A stretch of DNA of 59,003 nucleotides from Octopus bimaculoides (lineage: Eukaryota), in assembly GCF_001194135.2 (NCBI RefSeq), contig NC_068992.1, positions 16,111,575 to 16,170,577 of the forward strand. Direction: 5' to 3'. The notes beneath the pieces were generated by a model. The model was not told where the DNA came from and did not search any database. It saw nothing but the letters and a program-made list of their open reading frames with translations. This document shows positions 51,968 to 59,003 of this stretch, in pieces (positions within the stretch are counted from its first letter, which is position 1; every line of letters starts with the position of its first letter). A program made the position numbers and the translations under genes.

Positions 51968-52690
51968 GCACTTCTAGCAACGTCATTTAATGCATTTCCT
52001 GCTCTTTCTGTCCTTCTCTCTACATCGGTCAAACGGGATGCCGCTTGGCTGACCGGTTCGCAGAACGCCCCCGAGACGTTAGACTTGGCAATGACACCCC
52101 AGTCTCAAACCATTTCCGCTCTACCGGTTATTCATTACAAAACCTGTCTGTGTTCGGATTGTCTTTGCACAGGTACCATACGGACTCCCGACTTCAATGT
52201 GAACAGAAATTAACCTTCTCTCTTCTCTCCTTTGCGCTAATGGGTTCAAACACCCATCCGCTCTTCATCTGACTCCCACTTCTCTTCTCTCGTCATCTGA
52301 CACCTACTTTCTCTCTTCACCCCTACTCACACCCTTTCATTGATACCCCCTACATCCATGCCCCACCCGCACACATCCCACTCCCACATACTCCAGCCCC
52401 AACTCCTCACCTCAAACGCAGATCCCAAACCCACATCCTCACCCCAAACCCACATCCCACACTCACATCCCTACAACCCAACACTGCCAAACCACACACC
52501 ACAACACCACATCATACCACCCCACACCACTTCACACACACTAGCTCTGACCACTTTCCAGAACCCACACGATCATTCACACACCCACACATTACAGACG
52601 CACACATTACAGCGCCCATCCACACGCACACTTACATACTCTAACAGATACACATGTACTAGAAAACTAGTAGAAAAAATATAATAGAAA
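51962..52690 (+). mobile_element. Penelope-like element 3' part: GIY-YIG endonuclease pseudogene plus C/A-rich 3' region
   Basis: One frame from 51964: TCTSSNVI*CISCSFCPSLYIGQTGCRLADRFAERPRDVRLGNDTPVSNHF...EQKLTFSL, ending at 52272. NVIY...YIG-T-R-L--RF-EH pattern, with TAA at 51988-90 replacing the Tyr. Confidence 0.85.
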
Positions 52691-53028
52691 TCTATTATAT
52701 TCTCTTTATAGATACATAATTAAATATACATATGTCATATAACATATTTTTCTTTATCTCTATACATGTCACATTGTTAACCTTCGCAAATGTCTAAGCC
52801 TAAACACATATACTCACATACATACATACATACATAGATATATGGATTAAATTTCTTTCCACTCGATTAAAGAAAAAGAAATGTGATGTAAAACGCACAA
52901 TCATATAAACGCATTTTCCTATTCATGTATGCTGGACGCGTTTCACTCACACATATTTATAAATGTACACACACGTGCGCGCACACACACATACACGCAT
53001 ATATATATGTATTTATATGTATTTATGT

Positions 53029-53069
<41 letters not shown>

Positions 53070-54814
53070 CACATATATATATATACATATTTAAATATAG
53101 CCCTTGTTATGTACAATCTTGAAAAAACAAGGATAGCCGGCGCTTAATGCATCATGAAGTTTTATAAAACTATTTTCTCTTATCTCACAACTTCTGGTTC
53201 ATTACATGTCGTTCATTACGCATGTTCCTGTCTGTAGTTGAACATTTAAGAAATTTACATCGAAATTACGAAGTCTACGCTTGATATCCACTGCGTAACT
53301 GCTTAACTATCAGCTTTTGACTATAGTAATGGCTCACCGCATCATGTGACAATTAAAATCGATTGATGTGAAGTTTGAAAACAATAGAAAGTAACACATA
53401 TTCATTGATATTGCTTCGTTATTAACTTAAGAGCAGACTTCCCTCCTGAATAATCAATTAATTAATTTCAAATACAAAATGCATGCAGTCAATTGATTGG
53501 TCAACTAAATTCTCATCATCAGATATGCCTATATATGTGTGAATACTAATACACATATGCACATACCTATACACGCACACACATACACGCACACACATAC
53601 ACATATATATGCATGCGCATAACACACACGTGCACAGAAACATAAATACTGAAAGAGTTATCTTGAATCTGTTTATATCAAATTCAGTGAATCACTCTAA
53701 GGAAGAGACATGTTTAGTGCGAAAAGCATTACTGTAATACATGAGTCTATCTGCATGCATAACGCTGTTTCTTCGTTAACATTGTTTTTAGATACTCATG
53801 TAAATAAAATACATATTTACAGTTATATATGTTCCATAGAATTAAAACGTAAATAAATCTTAAGTTTGGTGTTTTTATAGGCACATAAATCAGTTTGATT
53901 TTGTGGCTTGTTTTAGGGTACAGCCACACCATTAATCTCGCCACTTCCCCAAAATCAGTTTAAAATAATGTTTAGTAGAATAATCTCGTCCTCATTATGG
54001 TATTGATAATCCACGCCTTTCTTTACTGTGTTTCGTCTTGCATAACGTAATTGTAGATAGAAAGCTGCTGTAAACACGTGACTGTCATTACGTAAGTCAA
54101 TGCTTTATCTACAGAGCAATGTAATTGAAACAATAGCAGGAACAAAAGAGTTATAAATAAAATTATGTAACATACACACAAGTACAGATTCATAATATAG
54201 GCAATTACGTGTTAAAGCACATATAAAGCAAGAGTGATTTACATGGACATATATAGACATTCTCATACACGCGATATTCTCTCACACGTATGTAGATATG
54301 TAGTGTTTGAAGAGTGGTTGCATCGTAAGATGTTTACCGAAATATACATTTTTACCTCAAGCATTGAATTCTTAAGTAAATTACATCCAATTTCTAAACC
54401 AACATCATCAATAAAGATATTTGGAAGAACACCAATTCGTTTCAGAGCAGTCCCATGTGACTCTTGTTTCTCAAAATATTTCTATTCATACAGCTGTTGA
54501 CACAAACACTCATACGTATGTACGTGTATGCATGTATGTATATATATATATATATATNNNNNNNNNNNNNNNNNNNNNNNNNNNNNNNNNNNNNNNNNNN
54601 NNNNNNNNNNNNNNNNNNNNNNNNNNNNNNNNNNNNNNNNNNNNNNNNNNNNNNNNNNNNNNNNNNNNNNNNNNNNNNNNNNNNNNNNNNNNNNNNNNNN
54701 NNNNNNNNNNNNNNNNNNNNNNNNNNNNNNNNNNNNNNNNNNNNNNNNNNNNNNNNNNNNNNNNNNNNNNNNNNNNNNNNNNNNNNNNNNNNNNNNNNNN
54801 NNNNNNNNATATAA

Positions 54815-54903
<89 letters not shown>

Positions 54904-54916
54904 TATATATATATAT

Positions 54917-55372
54917 AGATAATTAATGGCATACCTTTCCCGCCTACGCTCTAGGGAATAGAGTCTCAATCTCTTGAGTTTTTCCCAGTAGATTATATGC
55001 TGCTTAGAGTCTATCTTCTTCGTGCAGCTTCGTTGTATTGCCTCACGTTCTGCAATTAATTATACACTCGTTAGTGACCATAGCTGGGAGCAATAGTCAA
55101 AGTAGCTTAGGAAAAATGTCCTCCAGAGGACCATCATGGTTTCCTGATCTCTCGTTCTAAACATTCTAAGAATCCATCCGGTCAATCGCCTGCATTTCAT
55201 TGTCAACTTAGCAACATGCACATGGAAGGATGCATTATTACTCATGTAAATGCCCAGGTCTCGCACTGACTATGTCTCTGGGATTGCAATCTCTACAGGT
55301 CCACTGTGTTTCATTGGTATTACATTTAGTTTTGCATGCTGAAAACACAATGTTTGAAACGTTTCAGCATTA
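54917..55372 (-). mobile_element. CR1/L2-group LINE ORF2 fragment (post-RT C-terminal region)
   Basis: Minus strand reads FNAETFQTL...SVRDLGIYMSNNASFHVHVAKL...GWILRMFRTRD...YFDYCSQLW...EAIQRSCTKKI...YWEKLKRLRLYSLERRRERY, with stops and frameshifts; typical apurinic-endonuclease LINE C-terminal motifs. Confidence 0.85.
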
Positions 55373-55450
55373 AAAGTCTCACAAGTGATATAGAAGACGC
55401 TATGGACCTGCAAATTGAGTTAGATGAAATATACAAGTGAGCTTTTGCAA
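55373..55450 (+). mobile_element. Inverted upstream segment of the same LINE
   Basis: Plus strand reads KVSQVI / EDAMDLQIELDEIYK*A, the LQxxLDxxYxWA motif that normally lies immediately before FNxxKF. Confidence 0.7.
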
Positions 55451-56149
55451 CAAAGTCGAGATATATCACATCCACATTTAAATGGTTGAATGTTATTTTC
55501 TTCACAAGAATGTTCTATCTTAAAATGTATTTGGATTCAAACAATGGCCGAAATTTTGTCACAATCTTAGTATATGAATGTATGTCAGAATACTAATATG
55601 TGATTGCGTGTTTTGCAATGTGTGCAAAATTAAATAAATGAAAAATTAATATTAAATGATATATTGATTAATGGTCTTTAAAAGCACAAATATGTTATAT
55701 TAATATTCTATTCTATACCCACCAACTCTTTTATAAATGCATACAAAATTGAACACTGTATACAATTATGTGAACAACGTATACAGAAAGCTAAATATTT
55801 GCTAGAAAACTCAGAAAATTATACTTCGGTAAGTTAATGAATTTATATATGAAAAGAAAATGTATACAAATGATAATTGAAAGTAATTATATCCGCTTTT
55901 GATAAATTGGTATCATTAAAATTATACTATCCAACAGTGTGTATGTTCATATATGTAAATACAATTACATACATATCGCTGAATAAAAAGCCACTATATA
56001 CAACAGACGCAGCATTAGATTAAAATAGCCATCGGTGTATGATACTATGTAAGCTAATGCGACTAATTATAGACAATCTCTATTGTTTTGTTTAATTATA
56101 TGTGCGTGTGTGTGCGTGTATGTGTATACGTATATATATATATATATAT

Positions 56150-57403
56150 GTGGATGTTTATAGTTAGAATATATCAACTACGCAAAAGAAAATGGTAACA
56201 GAGCCATGGCAAGACAGTACAGCATAAATTAATCTATTGTCCGTTCATGGCGCAAACAAGATGAACTACGACTGGCAAAAAGACCGAAAGAGCAAATCGT
56301 GTCAAGAAAGCTGGATGACCTGTCCAAGAAGACCAGGTTGAAATTTGGGTACTTGAAAAGAGAGCCTCGCACCGAGGTGTAAGCACAATACAAATAAGAC
56401 TGAAAGTAGTATCCTTAGCCAAAGACCTTGGGCTGACCGACTTCCAACGTGGACCATCCTGGTGTCTCCGGTTCATGCGAAGAAAGCAGCTGTCACTGAG
56501 AGTCAGAACAACACTGCCCGCAGGATTTGAAGGAAAGCTTGAACTCTTCAGACAGCATTGCAAGACCAATATAAGAGACCACACAGTCAGCTCTGACCAA
56601 GTCATCAACATGGACGAAGTCCCACTCGCCTTTGACAAGCCAATAGGCAAGACTGTAGAGAAAGTTGGCACCGAGACCATAAGCATTAAAACGACAGGAC
56701 ACGAGAAATCTAGTTTTACCGGTGTACTCTCGTGCCCCGCCTCCAGTATTCTTGTACCACCAATGATGATTTTCAAAAGAAAGACCATGCCAAAAAACAA
56801 ATTTCCAAAGGGTGTCATCGTTAAAGTAAACGAAAAGGGCTGGGTGGACAACGACATGATGAAAGCATGGATAACAGTGTGTTTCGTCAAGGGTCCGGAT
56901 GGGTTCTTTCACCGCCACAGAGCAATTCAAGTTATGGACAACTGCGTGCCGATATTACATGTGACGCGAAGGATGCCCTAGACCATACATACACGACACC
57001 AGCCATTATACCAGGTGGAATGGCCAAGTTACTTCAGCCGTTAGACATCAGGGTTAACCATGCATTCATGATGCACATGAGAATGCAGTGGCAGACCTCA
57101 ATGATATCGGGGGGGGGGGAATCATTCATAACAACAAGAAGACTCCGCGCTGCATCGCGTCCAGGAGTTGCATCATGGGCAATTACAGCAGCAAAGTCCG
57201 TACCAAAGACGTGTGTAGTCAACGGTTTCAAGAAAGCTGAGATACTACCTTCAGATGACTCCGACTCTAATTTCAACACTGAAAACGATTATCCACATGT
57301 CAACTTCGACACTCGCCTTACACCAGAGCTGGTAGAATTGTTCCACTCAGACACAGAAGATGAAGATTTTGAGGGTTTCAGCAGCGATTCAGACAGCGAA
57401 TAA
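56150..57403 (+). mobile_element. Decayed pogo-superfamily (Passer/POGK-like) DNA transposon transposase pseudogene
   Basis: Manual translation across frames: YINYAKENGNRAMARQYSIN*SIVRSWRKQ (Brinker-type DBD), then G*PVQEDQVEIWVLEKRASHRGVSTIQIRLK...GPSWCLRFMRRKQLSLR (CENP-B/Tc5 HTH), NMDEVP (D1), GWVDNDMM, VMD (D2), IPGGMAKLLQPLD (D3) and the acidic tail LFHSDTEDEDFEGF. Stops at 56230-32 and 56316-18; frameshifts near 56270 and 56943. No TIRs visible. Confidence 0.92.
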
Positions 57404-57413
57404 ATGTGAATAA

Positions 57414-57645
57414 GGCGGAGGCGCAATGGCCCAGTGGTTAAGGCAGCGGACTCGCGGTCGTAGGATCGCGGTTTCCATTCCCAGACTGGGCGTTGTAAGT
57501 GTTTATTGAGCGAAAACACCTAAAGTTCCACGAGGCTCCGGCAGGGGATGGCGGCAAACCCTACTGTACTCTTTCACCACAACTTTCTCTCACTCTTTCT
57601 TCCCGTTTCTGTTGTACCTGTATTTCAAAGGGCCAGCCTTGTCAC
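57414..57645 (+). mobile_element. tRNA-derived SINE (family C), cut by assembly gap
   Basis: A box TGGCCCAGTGG at ~57427, B-box-like GGTTTCCATTCCC at ~57470 and a tRNA-like head, followed by a non-tRNA body that runs into the N gap at 57646. Confidence 0.8.
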
Positions 57646-58559
57646 NNNNNNNNNNNNNNNNNNNNNNNNNNNNNNNNNNNNNNNNNNNNNNNNNNNNNNN
57701 NNNNNNNNNNNNNNNNNNNNNNNNNNNNNNNNNNNNNNNNNNNNNNNNNNNNNNNNNNNNNNNNNNNNNNNNNNNNNNNNNNNNNNNNNNNNNNNNNNNN
57801 NNNNNNNNNNNNNNNNNNNNNNNNNNNNNNNNNNNNNNNNNNNNNNNNNNNNNNNNNNNNNNNNNNNNNNNNNNNNNNNNNNNNNNNNNNNNNNNNNNNN
57901 NNNNNNNNNNNNNNNNNNNNNNNNNNNNNNNNNNNNNNNNNNNNNNNNNNNNNNNNNNNNNNNNNNNNNNNNNNNNNNNNNNNNNNNNNNNNNNNNNNNN
58001 NNNNNNNNNNNNNNNNNNNNNNNNNNNNNNNNNNNNNNNNNNNNNNNNNNNNNNNNNNNNNNNNNNNNNNNNNNNNNNNNNNNNNNNNNNNNNNNNNNNN
58101 NNNNNNNNNNNNNNNNNNNNNNNNNNNNNNNNNNNNNNNNNNNNNNNNNNNNNNNNNNNNNNNNNNNNNNNNNNNNNNNNNNNNNNNNNNNNNNNNNNNN
58201 NNNNNNNNNNNNNNNNNNNNNNNNNNNNNNNNNNNNNNNNNNNNNNNNNNNNNNNNNNNNNNNNNNNNNNNNNNNNNNNNNNNNNNNNNNNNNNNNNNNN
58301 NNNNNNNNNNNNNNNNNNNNNNNNNNNNNNNNNNNNNNNNNNNNNNNNNNNNNNNNNNNNNNNNNNNNNNNNNNNNNNNNNNNNNNNNNNNNNNNNNNNN
58401 NNNNNNNNNNNNNNNNNNNNNNNNNNNNNNNNNNNNNNNNNNNNNNNNNNNNNNNNNNNNNNNNNNNNNNNNNNNNNNNNNNNNNNNNNNNNNNNNNNNN
58501 NNNNNNNNNNNNNNNNNNNNNNNNNNNNNNNNNNNNNNNNNNNNNNNNNNNNNNNNNNN
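57646..58559. other. Assembly gap (largest of about a dozen)
   Basis: N run; other large gaps at 2772-3631, 5351-6061, ~38588-38962 and ~54558-54808. Most are flanked by (TA)n or (CA)n. Confidence 0.99.
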
Positions 58560-58919
58560 ATATATATATATATATATATAAACAGACACAGAAACACAGA
58601 GACACATAGACATATGTATGTATATATATGTAACGGATTACGCAATATAATGTACGCGTATGCACACGAATAGAGACGCGCGTAAAATATTGATCAGTTA
58701 TGTATTGCGTTAAAGAAACGCGAGTTTGACCTTCAGTAGTCCAGGAAGACAGTCTATCACAATTAATATCCCCAGTTGATCCGAAAAGTAGTTTCGACTG
58801 TATTAAGTTTTCTGACGGAAAGTAAATTATACTTCACAGCAGAGCTAATATACGACGTAAATCATGTATTGAATTCACGCATTCTTATCTACAAACTATA
58901 CTACTTACAAGAGGTATTA

Positions 58920-58990
<71 letters not shown>

Positions 58991-59003
58991 ATATATATAT
59001 ATA

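Noticed and set aside
134-54932. ORFs of YI/HT/CV/LS/poly-I/poly-N type
   Set aside because: Translations of (TA)n, (CA)n, (TCTA)n and (TAA)n arrays; no domain content.
57417-57495. tRNA gene (also considered for heads at 35366 and 30460)
   Set aside because: A/B boxes are present, but there is no complete cloverleaf or oligo-T terminator, and the sequence continues into repeat bodies, so these are SINE heads.
2622-58673. Long ORFs containing X runs (e.g. 2622-3851, 5198-6133, 38373-39065, 57499-58581)
   Set aside because: They are open only because N gaps contain no stop codons; the flanks translate microsatellites.
1-59003. CRISPR array, rRNA, telomeric repeats, organellar insert
   Set aside because: No regularly spaced 25-45-bp direct repeats, no rRNA signature, no (TTAGGG)n and no mitochondrial gene motifs were seen.

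Overview
AT-rich, repeat-dense eukaryotic non-coding DNA (intergenic or a large intron), with about a dozen N gaps, nearly all flanked by microsatellites. The SINE families and microsatellite load look like an octopus/cephalopod genome; this is pattern recall, not a database result. I see no confident host protein-coding gene, rRNA, tRNA gene or CRISPR array. Most ORFs in the track are translated microsatellites or N runs. Recognisable content: (1) a decayed pogo-superfamily transposase (Brinker-type DBD + CENP-B HTH + DD35D) at ~56.15-57.40 kb; (2) two Penelope-like GIY-YIG fragments; (3) three fragments of a CR1/L2-group LINE, one with an inverted 5' piece; (4) four 3' ends of RLE-type (R4/Dong-like) LINEs, three of them sitting in (TAA)n arrays; (5) a mariner-derived MITE; (6) about 25 copies of three tRNA-derived SINE families. 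The most notable signal is a near-canonical type I hammerhead ribozyme on the minus strand at 47643-47717, with all three stems and a palindromic minimal stem III. One or two further hammerhead-like cores lie within 350 bp of it. A compact RFX/NF-Y/E-box/TATA cluster at ~37.7-37.95 kb followed by a well-formed candidate exon is the best hint of host gene sequence. Repeat boundaries are approximate (about +/-10-20 bp).
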